A stretch of DNA of 32,000 nt, taken from positions 240,001 through 272,000 of the forward strand of contig NZ_LGHJ01000012.1 of the NCBI RefSeq assembly GCF_001306055.1, given 5' to 3'. Below, piece by piece: positions 1 to 9,537 of this stretch (positions within the stretch are counted from its first letter, which is position 1; the number at the start of each line of letters is the position of its first letter). This DNA comes from Bellilinea caldifistulae (GTDB taxonomy: Bacteria; Chloroflexota; Anaerolineae; Anaerolineales; Anaerolineaceae). Below the pieces are notes generated by a model, which saw only the letters and a program-made list of their open reading frames with translations, had not been told where the DNA came from and did no database searches. A program made the position numbers and the translations under genes.

Positions 1-1
1 C

Positions 2-415
2 GGTATGCAGGAGCTCGCAAACCGTCAAATTGGCCAGCTTTCCGGCGGACAGCAGCAGCGCATGTTCATTGCCCGCGCCCTGGCGCAGGAAGCCGAATTG
101 ATGTTGATGGATGAACCGTTCACCGGACTGGATCTGCCGGCACAGGAAGAACTCTTCCGCATTCTGGACGCTCTACGCGGTCAGGGTGTGACCGTTATGG
201 TCGCCCTGCATGATTTGCAAACCGCTGCTGAACGGTTCGACCGCGTCATGCTGCTCAACCGCCGGTTGATCGGCCTTGGAACCGCCGAACAAATCTTCAC
301 TCCCGAACATCTGTTGACGGCTTACGGCGGTCATCTCCGCCTGATTCCATCGCGGGAAGGGTTGATCGCACTGGGGGATACCTGCTGCGACGAGGGAGAG
401 CATGACCATCTTTGA
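2..415 (+). CDS. metal (Zn/Mn-type) ABC transporter ATP-binding protein, C-terminal part; gene begins upstream of the window
   Basis: Frame is open from the window edge. ABC signature LSGGQQQR, Walker B LMLMDEP and H-loop ALHDL are present. It overlaps the downstream ABC-3 permease gene by 14 nt. Confidence 0.85.
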   Translation, partial: GMQELANRQIGQLSGGQQQRMFIARALAQEAELMLMDEPFTGLDLPAQEELFRILDALRGQGVTVMVALHDLQTAAERFDRVMLLNRRLIGLGTAEQIFTPEHLLTAYGGHLRLIPSREGLIALGDTCCDEGEHDHL

Positions 416-1247
416 AATCTTGCTGCAACCCTTGCAGTACGCCTTTATGCAGCGCGGCATGCTGGCCGCTGTGCTGGTGGGGATCGTCTGCGCGGTGGTG
501 GGTGTGTTTGTTGTCCTGCGCGGCATGGCTTTCTTTGGTGATGCCCTCGCCCATGCCATTTTACCGGGCGTTGCCGTCGGCTACCTGCTCGGCGGGGGGG
601 CACGCGGGCCGCTCTTCTGGTGGGGGCTGCTGACCGGCGTTTTTGCCGCCCTCGGAATTGGCACCATCAGCCGCAGCGCACGGATTAAGGAAGACACGGC
701 AATTGGAATCATCTTTGCCGGAATGTTTGCGCTCGGCATTGCCCTGATCTCCTCGGTGCGCAGTTACACGGCTGACCTCGCCCATTTCCTGTTTGGGGAT
801 GTCCTGGGCGTGCGTACACCCGACCTGCTCCTGACCGCCGCCTTTGGAGCCGCCATCCTGCTGATCATCTTTTTGCTGTACAAGGAATTTGTCGTCCTCT
901 CCTTTGACCCCGTCCTGGCAGCCACCCTGCGCCTCCCGGCTCGTCTGCTGGATTATCTGCTGATGGTGCTGATTGCGATTGCCATTGTGGTTTCCCTGCA
1001 AACTGTGGGGGTCGCCCTGATGGTCGCCATGCTGGTCACCCCGGCGGCGGCCGCCTCACTGCTCACCCGTCGCCTGCCGGTGATGATGGCTCTGGCAGCC
1101 CTGATCGCTTCACTTTCCGGCATCACTGGGCTGTATCTCTCGTACTACCTCAACATTGCCTCCGGCGCGGCAATTGTTTTAACCTGCACCGCTTTCTTTG
1201 GGATCGTGTGGATCATCACCGGGCTGGGGCGCAAAAGCCTTCAGTAG
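402..1247 (+). CDS. metal ABC transporter permease (ABC-3 / ZnuB-MntB-TroCD-like)
   Basis: 281-aa polytopic membrane protein with about 8-9 hydrophobic segments. N-terminus (FMQRGMLAAVLVGIVCAVVGVFVVLRGMAFFGDALAHAILPGVA) is typical of ABC-3 permeases. Translationally coupled to the upstream ATPase gene. Confidence 0.9.
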   Translation: MTIFEILLQPLQYAFMQRGMLAAVLVGIVCAVVGVFVVLRGMAFFGDALAHAILPGVAVGYLLGGGARGPLFWWGLLTGVFAALGIGTISRSARIKEDTAIGIIFAGMFALGIALISSVRSYTADLAHFLFGDVLGVRTPDLLLTAAFGAAILLIIFLLYKEFVVLSFDPVLAATLRLPARLLDYLLMVLIAIAIVVSLQTVGVALMVAMLVTPAAAASLLTRRLPVMMALAALIASLSGITGLYLSYYLNIASGAAIVLTCTAFFGIVWIITGLGRKSLQ

Positions 1248-1354
1248 GCAAAATTGTTCCTGAACAGGGGCGGGGAAAATTTCCCCCCTGCCGAGGAAAA
1301 GTCCATCTGTAGACCAACTTTCTCCATATTCATCAAGGAATTGACCCGCCCGCC

Positions 1355-2005
1355 TTGTCCGCCAGCCTGATCACCGTCCCCTATTGCGTGCCGTATTACG
1401 CCCAAATTGCCAGCCCATGGCTGGCGAATGCCTTTTTTGAAAAAGGTCTGAACCGGGCCCTCGACCCCCACTGGGGCGAAAGCGGTGCATACACATTGGA
1501 AGAATACCTTTACTGGACAAACCGCGCCTGCGGAGCCGCCTGTGTCAAAATGGCGGTCGAGGCTCTGGGGGGTGAACGGCAGCCGCTGATCGAATGGGCA
1601 AGGCGCGGCGTCCGCCTGGGCGGCTACCTGAGCGAAAAACGACCGGATGGCAGCCGTGCCGAACGTGGCTGGCTGCACACCGCCCTGTCCGAACTCATCC
1701 GCCGGGCAGGCTTCTTTGCCGAAGCCCGGCCGCTCACCCTCAAAGAGTTTTTAGCCATCCTCGCTGGCGGCGGGATGATCATTGCCTCGGTTTCCCATGA
1801 AATCGGAACAAACCGGACCATCACCCAACGCGGCGGTCATCTCGTGCTGGTGTTTGGCGCATGGGTGGAAGAAAACGATGTGGCTGCGCTGGTACTGCAC
1901 AACCCCTCCGGGCGCACACCGGCACTGCAGGTCGCGGCTCAAATCCCGGCAGAACGTTTTGCTACGGCTTACACCGGACGGGGGATTGCCATCCGCTCCA
2001 ATTGA
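1355..2005 (+). CDS. peptidase C39-like (papain-fold) domain protein
   Basis: VPYYAQ ... NRACGAACVKMAVEALGG resembles the C39_2 pattern (VPYxSQ ... CGPAS). Downstream GGHLVLVFG and HNP are candidate His and Asn/Asp residues. The start is a TTG with only a weak, distant AAGGAA, so the start coordinate is uncertain. Confidence 0.55.
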   Translation: MSASLITVPYCVPYYAQIASPWLANAFFEKGLNRALDPHWGESGAYTLEEYLYWTNRACGAACVKMAVEALGGERQPLIEWARRGVRLGGYLSEKRPDGSRAERGWLHTALSELIRRAGFFAEARPLTLKEFLAILAGGGMIIASVSHEIGTNRTITQRGGHLVLVFGAWVEENDVAALVLHNPSGRTPALQVAAQIPAERFATAYTGRGIAIRSN

Positions 2006-2176
2006 GTTCTGGCAAAATAGAGTACTTGTTTTATAAACAATTTCTAAGCATTGAGGGTGGAATTCCTTTCTTTATCCTGCTATACTTTATTTAACCTATA
2101 GATTTACTAGGGTATTTTTCTGGAAGATGGGCTGGCCGGCAGGACGTGGCTGTGGCTTAGGGAAAGGAGACGTGTT

Positions 2177-2638
2177 ATGCGGCTTTCCAAGCGTGGCGAA
2201 TATGGCATTCGGGCATTGCTGCACTTAGCGGAACGAGCGAAGGAGCCGCAGCCACTGATTTCACTACAGGCGCTGGCGGAGAAAGAAAACATCCCGGTCA
2301 AGTTTCTGGAGCAGATCATGATCCCGCTGCGGAATGCTGGTCTGGTTCACACTCAGAAAGGCCCCGGCGGTGGTTACAAACTGGCAAAACCTGCCGAACA
2401 AATCTTTATCGGCAGCATCATCCGTATTCTGGACGGCATGCTGGCGCCGGTTACCTGCGTCAGCAAAACCGCTTACGCCCCTTGCGACTGCCCTGACGAA
2501 AAATCTTGCGGTCTGTGTATGGTGATGGCGGATGTGCGCGACGCAATAACGGCTATTCTGGATAACACCACCCTTGCCAGCATTGTCCAGCGCCGGTCTT
2601 TGCTCCTTTCCAGTCAGGAGGATTCAAATGATCCGTAA
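2177..2638 (+). CDS. Rrf2-family transcriptional regulator (IscR/NsrR-like, Cys-rich)
   Basis: N-terminus MRLSKRGEYGIRALLHLA is the classic Rrf2 winged-helix start. AAGGAG lies 7 nt upstream of the ATG. The Cys cluster CVSKTAYAPCDCPDEKSCGLC is compatible with Fe-S ligation. Confidence 0.9.
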   Translation: MRLSKRGEYGIRALLHLAERAKEPQPLISLQALAEKENIPVKFLEQIMIPLRNAGLVHTQKGPGGGYKLAKPAEQIFIGSIIRILDGMLAPVTCVSKTAYAPCDCPDEKSCGLCMVMADVRDAITAILDNTTLASIVQRRSLLLSSQEDSNDP

Positions 2639-3593
2639 AATAAATCCAATCCCCCGGTGGGTTCTTTCAGTTCTCCTAACCAGCCTCTTGTTGACGGGTT
2701 GTGGCAGTAGCAGCCCAAAGCAGGAAACCATTGCAGTTTCCGGCGCATTTGCCCTCTATCCATTAATGACCCAATGGGCAGATGCCTATCAAAAAAACAA
2801 TCCGGGGGTGCGTATTGATGTTACCGCCGGTGGGGCGGGCAAGGGTGTTTCCGATACACTGGCCGGGGCGGTAGATATCGGCATGGTCTCACGCGAATTA
2901 TCACCGGAGGAACTCAACCAGGGCGCTTTTCCAATCGCCGTAGCACGCGATGCCGTCTTTGGCACCCTCAACGCCGCCAACCCGTACCTTGACCAGATTC
3001 TGCAAAAAGGCTTCAACCCCCAAATCCTGGCCGGTATTTACATCACCGGTGAAATCACCACATGGGGAGAGGTGTTGGGCATGCCGGAGATCACCGATCA
3101 AATCCGCGTCTTTACCCGCTCCGATTCGGCCGGGGCAGCCGAGATGTGGGCGCTTTACATTGCCGGCAAAAAGCAGAGCGACCTTTTGGGTATTGGGGTC
3201 AATTCCGATCCCGGCATTCTTGAAGCCGTGATCAGGGATTCGCTGGCAATCGGCTATAACAACCTCAACTATGTGTTCGATGCCGAAACCCAAAAACCGG
3301 TCAGCGGGGTGGTCATCATGCCGCTTGACCTGAACGGCAACGGCTTCATCGACCCGGACGAAATCTTTACCGATAAATCAGCCGCAAGACAGGCAGTCGC
3401 CGACGGGCGCTATCCCTCACCGCCTGCCCGCGACCTGTACATCATCACCAAAGGCAATCCTTCCGGCAGCGTGCGGGATTTCATCCACTGGATCCTCAAT
3501 GAGGGACAGGCTTATGTTGAACCGAATGGTTACATCCCCTTGAACCCCGACCGGATACAGGAGATGCGCGCTCGTCTGGACGATCAGCCATAG
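2628..3593 (+). CDS. pstS: phosphate ABC transporter substrate-binding lipoprotein PstS
   Basis: PBP_like_2 / PstS-type sequence (AVSGAFALYPLMTQWADAYQKNNPGVRIDVTAGGAGKGV). Lipobox LLTGC. I chose the internal ATG at 2628, preceded by AGGAGG, over the ORF-track start at 2574. It overlaps the Rrf2 stop by 11 nt. Confidence 0.9.
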   Translation: MIRKINPIPRWVLSVLLTSLLLTGCGSSSPKQETIAVSGAFALYPLMTQWADAYQKNNPGVRIDVTAGGAGKGVSDTLAGAVDIGMVSRELSPEELNQGAFPIAVARDAVFGTLNAANPYLDQILQKGFNPQILAGIYITGEITTWGEVLGMPEITDQIRVFTRSDSAGAAEMWALYIAGKKQSDLLGIGVNSDPGILEAVIRDSLAIGYNNLNYVFDAETQKPVSGVVIMPLDLNGNGFIDPDEIFTDKSAARQAVADGRYPSPPARDLYIITKGNPSGSVRDFIHWILNEGQAYVEPNGYIPLNPDRIQEMRARLDDQP

Positions 3594-3618
3594 GCTGCCG
3601 CGAAGCGGAGAACTGCCG

Positions 3619-4575
3619 ATGAATACAGCCGCCGGATGGGCAAAACGGCCTGAAAGCCGAACAGGGGTACGCAAGCAGCGTAACCGCATTGCCCGGCGGT
3701 TGTTCTCCATTTCAGCCGGTTTTATTTTTCTGGTCTTATTTGCCATTGTGACAATGCTGGTGCAGCGTTCACTACCGTTATGGCAAAACGTCAGCTTGCC
3801 GGATTTCCTCACCGGCCGGGTGTGGAAACCAGATCAGGGATTGTTCGGCCTGCTGCCGTTTATCCTCGGCACCTTCTGGACAACCGGTTTGGGAATAGCC
3901 TTTGCGCTGCCGCTCAGTTTGTTTTCGGCGATATATCTGGCAGAATATGCCCGGCCGCTGACTCGTACGGTCATCAAGCCGGTACTCGATATTCTGGCAG
4001 GTATTCCCTCGGTTATTTATGGAATGTGGGGGGTGCTGGTAGTCGTACCGGTAGTGCAAACCACTGTTGCGCCGTTATTCAGCCGCGCCTTTCCGGGCAT
4101 CGGCCTGTTCCAGTCCAGCAACCCGACCGGCTTCAGCATCTTATCTGCCGGCATCGTTCTGGCGATTATGATCGCCCCAATTCTGATTGCCATCATGTAC
4201 GAAATTCTTCTGGCAGTACCGGTGGGGCTGCGCGAGGCGTCCATGGCGGTTGGCGCCAGTCGCTGGCAAACCATTAAGTACATTGTTTTGCCCAAAGCAA
4301 CCAGCGGCTTGATTGCCGCAATGATTTTAGGCACCTCGCGGGCGTTGGGTGAGACCATGGCGGTCTTGATGGTGGTTGGCAATGTTGCCGCTCTGCCGCG
4401 CTCTCTGTTTGACCCGGCCTATCCAATCCCCGCGTTGATCGCCAACAATTACGGTGAGATGATGTCCATCCCGCTGTACGACTCGGCGCTGATGGCGGCG
4501 GCTTTGTTTTTGCTGCTCATCGTGCTGAGTTTTAACATTCTTTCCTCACTGGCATTACGGAGAATGCTCCAATGA
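3619..4575 (+). CDS. pstC: phosphate ABC transporter permease PstC
   Basis: Polytopic BPD-type permease with an EAA-like loop (EASMAVGASRWQTIKYIVLPKA). Position directly after pstS. GGAG upstream of the ATG. Confidence 0.9.
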   Translation: MNTAAGWAKRPESRTGVRKQRNRIARRLFSISAGFIFLVLFAIVTMLVQRSLPLWQNVSLPDFLTGRVWKPDQGLFGLLPFILGTFWTTGLGIAFALPLSLFSAIYLAEYARPLTRTVIKPVLDILAGIPSVIYGMWGVLVVVPVVQTTVAPLFSRAFPGIGLFQSSNPTGFSILSAGIVLAIMIAPILIAIMYEILLAVPVGLREASMAVGASRWQTIKYIVLPKATSGLIAAMILGTSRALGETMAVLMVVGNVAALPRSLFDPAYPIPALIANNYGEMMSIPLYDSALMAAALFLLLIVLSFNILSSLALRRMLQ

Positions 4576-5447
4576 ACCCCCAAAGCCGCCTTCGACGTCG
4601 GCTGGCGCGGATTGAAGAAACCGCATTCCTATTTTTGATGCGGCTGGCTTTGATTTCGGTTGTTATGATTTTGGGCTGGATTCTGGCAACACTCCTGATA
4701 AAGGGGATGCCGGTGTTGAGTTGGGAACTGATCAGCCAGCCGCCGCAGGGCGGTTATTACCTTGGCGGCAAAGGTGGCATCCTCAACGCCATCCTCGGCT
4801 CACTTTATCTGGCAGCCGGCGGCACCCTCCTGGCGTTGATCGCTGCTCTGCCGGTGGTTTTCTACCTGACCACCTATCTCCATCAAAAAACCCGCCGCGC
4901 TGCTCTCATCCGCCTGGCACTGGATGTATTATGGGGCATTCCCAGCATTGTCTATGGCGTGTTCGGCTTTCTAATCATGCTCTCGCTGGGATTGCGGGCA
5001 TCGTTACTGGCCGGCATTATCACGCTAGCCTTTCTGGAACTGCCCATTCTGATCCGCGGCATGGACGAGTTCATCCGCACCACACCGGAAGAGCTGGTGC
5101 AATCTTCACTGGCAGTCGGCGCCACCCCCCTGGACACCACTCTCAAAGTGATCAGCCGTCAGACTCTTCCCGGCCTGATCACCGCTGTCCTGCTCGCCTT
5201 CGGGCGCGGGATTGGCGATGCCGCTTCGGTTCTGTTCACTGCTGGTTACACCGACCACCTCCCCACATCGTTGTTCGAGCCGGCCGCTTCTTTGCCGCTG
5301 GCGGTCTTTTTCCAGTTGGGCACACCATTTCCCGCCGTCCAGCAGCGGGCCTACGCCTCCGCCTTAGTGCTGACCATCATCATCCTGGTCATCAGTTTCA
5401 TCAGCCGCTGGCTGATTTCTCGCTTCAATAAGTATCTGGTTCGATAG
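4572..5447 (+). CDS. pstA: phosphate ABC transporter permease PstA
   Basis: ATGA start/stop overlap with pstC. Permease with loop QSSLAVGATPLDTTLKVISRQTLPG. Confidence 0.9.
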   Translation: MNPQSRLRRRLARIEETAFLFLMRLALISVVMILGWILATLLIKGMPVLSWELISQPPQGGYYLGGKGGILNAILGSLYLAAGGTLLALIAALPVVFYLTTYLHQKTRRAALIRLALDVLWGIPSIVYGVFGFLIMLSLGLRASLLAGIITLAFLELPILIRGMDEFIRTTPEELVQSSLAVGATPLDTTLKVISRQTLPGLITAVLLAFGRGIGDAASVLFTAGYTDHLPTSLFEPAASLPLAVFFQLGTPFPAVQQRAYASALVLTIIILVISFISRWLISRFNKYLVR

Positions 5448-5454
5448 GTGCTAC

Positions 5455-6210
5455 ATGGCCGAGTGTATCTCCATCCGGAATTTCAACGTTGCTTTCGGCA
5501 ACACACTGGTGTTAAAAAATATTCATCTGGATATTCCCTGCGGTCAGATTACAGCGATCATGGGGCCGTCGGGCTGCGGCAAGACGACCCTTTTACGCAG
5601 TATCAACCGCTTTCTGGAATTGAGCGACCACGTCACCATTAAAGGCGAAATTCTTATAGACGGTCAAAATATTTACGACCCGCAAGTTGATCCCATTGAC
5701 ATCCGTTCCAAAGTTGGTCTGCTTGCCCAACGGCCCTTTTCATTGCCCATGTCCATCATCGACAATGTCGCCTACGGACTGCGCATTCACGGCATGGCGG
5801 ACGGAAAAGACTTGCACCGAGCCGTCAGGCATTATCTGGAAATGGCAGGGCTGTGGGAGGAGGTCAAGGACAGGCTGCGGGAGCCGGCCGTCCGCCTGTC
5901 CATTGGGCAGCAGCAACGCCTGTGTCTGGCACGCGGGCTGGCAGTGGAACCGGAGATCATCCTCGCCGACGAACCAACCTCTGCGCTTGATCCGATTTCA
6001 GCACAAAACATTGAACAGCGACTGCTGGAACTGCGCGAAAAGTACACCATCGTGCTGGTAACCCATACGGTTCGGCAGGCCCGCCGGCTGGCGGATTATC
6101 TGGTCTTTATGTACCTTGGTGAAATGGTCGAGTGCGGCGAAGCGTCAGCCATTTTCTCCAACCCGCAACACGAGCTGACTCGCGCCTATCTTCACGGGGC
6201 AATCGGCTGA
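5455..6210 (+). CDS. pstB: phosphate ABC transporter ATP-binding protein PstB
   Basis: Walker A GPSGCGKTT, signature LSIGQQQRL, Walker B ILADEPTSALD, H-loop VTHT. The length (251 aa) and the N-terminal 'I.N..V.FG' pattern are typical of PstB. Confidence 0.95.
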   Translation: MAECISIRNFNVAFGNTLVLKNIHLDIPCGQITAIMGPSGCGKTTLLRSINRFLELSDHVTIKGEILIDGQNIYDPQVDPIDIRSKVGLLAQRPFSLPMSIIDNVAYGLRIHGMADGKDLHRAVRHYLEMAGLWEEVKDRLREPAVRLSIGQQQRLCLARGLAVEPEIILADEPTSALDPISAQNIEQRLLELREKYTIVLVTHTVRQARRLADYLVFMYLGEMVECGEASAIFSNPQHELTRAYLHGAIG

Positions 6211-6255
6211 GGTTGATTTCTCTGCCAACTGGCTTGTCGGCGCAGCCTTCCTCTT

Positions 6256-7575
6256 TTATTTTCTGACAAGCGGCAGGTAAACCAGCTCAGCATTGGCGCT
6301 GAACCAGACCCTGTCACACTGCGCCCACACCCCGGCAACCACCTCACCACTGGCGGCCATCTCTCCGCCGGAATTATCCGAACTGCATGATTCGGAATAA
6401 ATCAGACGCTCCCCTTTGATCGGGTCATAAATAAACACCTGCCGTGGTTCGCTGGACTGGGGCTGCCTTTTGTAAGCCATCACAAAACCTCCGCCGGCCG
6501 GCACCATCTCCAGTTCGCGTTCCGAATAGGTGTTATTGGTGATTTGCGTAATCATACCCGCCGCATCCCGCAGCCAAACCTCGGAAGTAGCCGAAATGGT
6601 GTTGTTCCTCAAAAAGCCGATCAGGTAGGCATTGTTCACCCCAACCAGATGCACATCCCCCAGCCGATAGGCACCGCCGGACAGTGTCAATTTCATTTCC
6701 CCACTCCAATCGGTGTTGTCCACTTTGATGTTCTGGTGGTAAATCTCATCATCACTGCCGGAATTATCCTTGACATAGGCAAACGCAACCCGCTCACTGC
6801 CGGCTGTTGAGTAGGTGGTAATGGCAGGCGGATTGAGCAGGTCGCTATCGGCGATCAGCAAGATGCGGTTTTGGGTCATGTTTCCGCTACCATCGGTGGT
6901 ACGGTTGGAGGCATACAGAACACGGCCGGTGCCCGGAGCGCCCCTGGCATACCAGATCACATGCAGGTAGCCGGCCGAATCAACCACACCTTCAACCGTT
7001 CTAACCATCGGGTCGGAGCTTTCCGAGTTCACTTTTCCTCTTTCACTTCCACTGCTCACTTTCTCATAACGCAGCGTGTACTGAGTACCTTCTTGTTTTG
7101 AATAGATCACATAGCCGGTACTGCCGCGGGTGATGACTTTGACTATCGGGCTGAAACTATCCGGGGGATTGTCAGAAAAATCTGGAGTACAGACAACATC
7201 CACTGATGAGGGATAAATCTTGATACAAATGCGGTACTTTGGGGATGAAGCGTCATACTTTTCGTACCACGCAAGGATTACAGTCCCATCAGCCAGCACA
7301 CCGATTTCAGGAGCGGCCGGCCACCAACCCGTTATGAGACGAATCGGCTGCTTATCCTCGATTATGCCCAATCTGGTACGCAGATAGACAAGTTGATGGG
7401 TAGTGGGATCTTCGCCGACGATATGTTTTGTACCCTGGGAATCCACCGCAATCGCCAGCAGATAATTGGCTGCCAGATCATTGAGGGGATGAGGGGGCAT
7501 GAAGGTGATTGTGCAGGCCGCCAACAGGCTGATTACAGCCACAAGGACACTGAATTTGAAAAGGTGCTTAAACAT
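6256..7575 (-). CDS. hypothetical lipoprotein, repeat-rich all-beta (propeller-like)
   Basis: Signal peptide plus lipobox (VISLLAAC). About 8 recurring strand motifs of the form G-x-hydrophobic-x-hydrophobic-aromatic (GTVILAWYEK, GYVIYSKQ, GYLHVIWYARG, RVAFAYVKDN, AYLIGFLRNN, GFVMAYKRQ, VVAGVWAQ) spaced about 45-60 aa apart. Confidence 0.7.
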   Translation of the reverse strand: MFKHLFKFSVLVAVISLLAACTITFMPPHPLNDLAANYLLAIAVDSQGTKHIVGEDPTTHQLVYLRTRLGIIEDKQPIRLITGWWPAAPEIGVLADGTVILAWYEKYDASSPKYRICIKIYPSSVDVVCTPDFSDNPPDSFSPIVKVITRGSTGYVIYSKQEGTQYTLRYEKVSSGSERGKVNSESSDPMVRTVEGVVDSAGYLHVIWYARGAPGTGRVLYASNRTTDGSGNMTQNRILLIADSDLLNPPAITTYSTAGSERVAFAYVKDNSGSDDEIYHQNIKVDNTDWSGEMKLTLSGGAYRLGDVHLVGVNNAYLIGFLRNNTISATSEVWLRDAAGMITQITNNTYSERELEMVPAGGGFVMAYKRQPQSSEPRQVFIYDPIKGERLIYSESCSSDNSGGEMAASGEVVAGVWAQCDRVWFSANAELVYLPLVRK

Positions 7576-7825
7576 AAAAAATCTCCCTTCGTCTGGTCAA
7601 CGGCGATGACCACCCCGTTTACCCCTACCCCTAAACGAGAAGAGATTTTGTGAACCCTCAATTAATAAAACCTGACTTGCTCAATTTCATAATACAACAA
7701 AATCAATGGATTATTTCTTAACAAATCGAGAGAATTTTGGACGGAACGGGCTGAAGATTTGCAGAAAGCAATTGAACCCTCGGCAGGTTGCCAAAGCGGG
7801 TCATCCGGTGTATAAAGAACCAAAT

Positions 7826-8908
7826 ATGACCTCAAAAGGACAATTTCACGCCGTCATCCTGTGGATTGCAGTCGGGGTTTTGCTTCTCGTTCAGGCAGGG
7901 CAGGCCAGCGCCGTAAAAATTACCGCCCCGCCCCTCAATCGTCTTCCGCAGGAAAGGCTTTGTACGGGCAGTTTTTTGCCGGTCAGTCTGCCTCTCACCG
8001 ATTTGGGCAACCATGAATACATCCGCATGGACGGCAACTCGACCGGTTTTACAGGCGGCCTGTACCCCAACGGCGAAAACCAGCCCCCTGCCGCTCACTG
8101 GCTTGCCGGCAGGCTCATTGCTCAGCAGATTGTCCCGCTGGATTCAAACGGCAGTCCCGATTTTCGCAACGGCAAAATTGGGATGATTTCGGTGGGTATG
8201 TCGAATACGGCAATGGAATTTTCCACCTTTCGCAGCCTGGTGATGACCGATAGCCGCCTGAATCCGCATCTGGTACTGGTCAACGGCGCCCAGGCCGGTC
8301 AGACGGCGGAGTACTGGCTGAGTCTCGATTCACCAACCTGGGAAGTGGTCAACCAACGCCTGGAATCCGCCGGTTTATCACCCCAGCAGGTTCAGGTAGT
8401 CTGGCTCAAGCTGACCCGCACCGGCGGTGGAAACTTCCCCCAAAAAGCCCAAACCCTGCAAGCCGACCTGACCACCATTGTCCAAAATTTAAAAGTTAAG
8501 TACCCGCAAGTCAAAATGGTCTTTCTTTCCAGTCGCACCCGTTCCTATACCTACTGGAACGGGCTCAGCCCGGAGCCGGCCGCATTTGAAAGCGGTTTTG
8601 CCGTCAAGTGGCTGATCGAGGAACAAATCAGCGGCACGCCGGACTTAAATTACGACCCTCAACGCGGAGCGGTGCGCGCGCCCTACCTGATGTGGGCAGC
8701 CTATCTGTGGGCTGACGGCATCAACCCCCGCGAGGATGGTTTTATCTGGCTGCCGGAGGATCTGGTGAGCGATTGTACTCACCCCTCGGACGCCGGCCGG
8801 TTAAAAGTAGCCCGGTTGCTTTTACAATTTTTTACCAGCGATCCGGCCGCAACCCCCTGGTTTTTGACTTCCTATCCGCTCTTTCTGCCGCTGGTAACCC
8901 ACCCGTGA
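7826..8908 (+). CDS. hypothetical secreted protein, possibly an SGNH-like hydrolase
   Basis: I chose the internal ATG at 7826, which gives a signal peptide ILWIAVGVLLLVQAGQASA. GMISVGMSNT resembles SGNH block I and DCTHPS resembles block V (DxxH). The CDS call is solid but the functional call is weak (about 0.35). Confidence 0.6.
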   Translation: MTSKGQFHAVILWIAVGVLLLVQAGQASAVKITAPPLNRLPQERLCTGSFLPVSLPLTDLGNHEYIRMDGNSTGFTGGLYPNGENQPPAAHWLAGRLIAQQIVPLDSNGSPDFRNGKIGMISVGMSNTAMEFSTFRSLVMTDSRLNPHLVLVNGAQAGQTAEYWLSLDSPTWEVVNQRLESAGLSPQQVQVVWLKLTRTGGGNFPQKAQTLQADLTTIVQNLKVKYPQVKMVFLSSRTRSYTYWNGLSPEPAAFESGFAVKWLIEEQISGTPDLNYDPQRGAVRAPYLMWAAYLWADGINPREDGFIWLPEDLVSDCTHPSDAGRLKVARLLLQFFTSDPAATPWFLTSYPLFLPLVTHP

Positions 8909-8986
8909 GGTAAACCTTTTACAAACGAACTTTTCCACTGGTAAAACAAAGCCCCTTTAACGATAATCGAAACAGGATGAACAACC

Positions 8987-9532
8987 ATGAACCCATCCGA
9001 AAATCTGGAAGTGGCAACCCTGGGAGGCGGCTGCTTTTGGTGTCTTGAACCCATTTTCGCCCACCTGAAAGGCGTGGAAGACGCAGTGGTCGGTTACGCG
9101 GGCGGTAAGACGACTGCGCCCAGTTACGAACAGGTCTGCACCGGATTGACCGGACACGCCGAGGTGGTACAGGTCACCTTCAACCCGGCGATCATTTCCT
9201 ACCGCGAGATTTTGGAAGTATTTTTCTCGGTGCATGACCCCACCACCCGCAACCGGCAGGGAGCCGATGTCGGCACCCAATACCGCTCGATCATCCTGTA
9301 TCATAACGAGGAACAGCGTCAAACCGCTGAAAACCTGATCGCCGAGTTGAATCAGGAAGGCATCTGGCAAAAGCCGATTGTGACCGAGGTAGTGCCTTTC
9401 ACGGCCTTCTACCCGGCGGAGGAATATCATCAGGAATATTTCGAGAAGAATCCCTACGCCGGGTATTGTCAGGTGGTTATTCAGCCCAAAGTCAGCAAAT
9501 TTCGCAAGCAGTTTGCCGAACGGCTAAAGTAG
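8987..9532 (+). CDS. msrA: peptide-methionine (S)-S-oxide reductase MsrA
   Basis: Catalytic motif GGGCFWCLE, then HAEVVQVTFNP and DPTTRNRQGADVGTQYRS, which are hallmark MsrA blocks. Confidence 0.95.
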   Translation: MNPSENLEVATLGGGCFWCLEPIFAHLKGVEDAVVGYAGGKTTAPSYEQVCTGLTGHAEVVQVTFNPAIISYREILEVFFSVHDPTTRNRQGADVGTQYRSIILYHNEEQRQTAENLIAELNQEGIWQKPIVTEVVPFTAFYPAEEYHQEYFEKNPYAGYCQVVIQPKVSKFRKQFAERLK

Positions 9533-9537
9533 ACTGC

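Noticed and set aside
1264-1292. Terminator after the ABC-3 permease gene (CAGGGGCGGGG-AAAATTT-CCCCCCTG)
   Set aside because: A GC-rich bulged hairpin is present but no T-tract follows it (the next bases are CCGAGGAAAAG). I did not call it as a feature.
2006-2176. Pho box upstream of the Rrf2-pst operon
   Set aside because: I looked for CTGTCA-type direct repeats with 11-bp phasing and found none. Only an AT palindrome, TTGTTT-N3-AAACAA (2026-2040), of unknown meaning is present.
4721-5431. 236-aa + strand ORF in an alternative frame of pstA
   Set aside because: It is a Pro/Arg/His-rich off-frame product. The pstA frame gives a proper polytopic permease.
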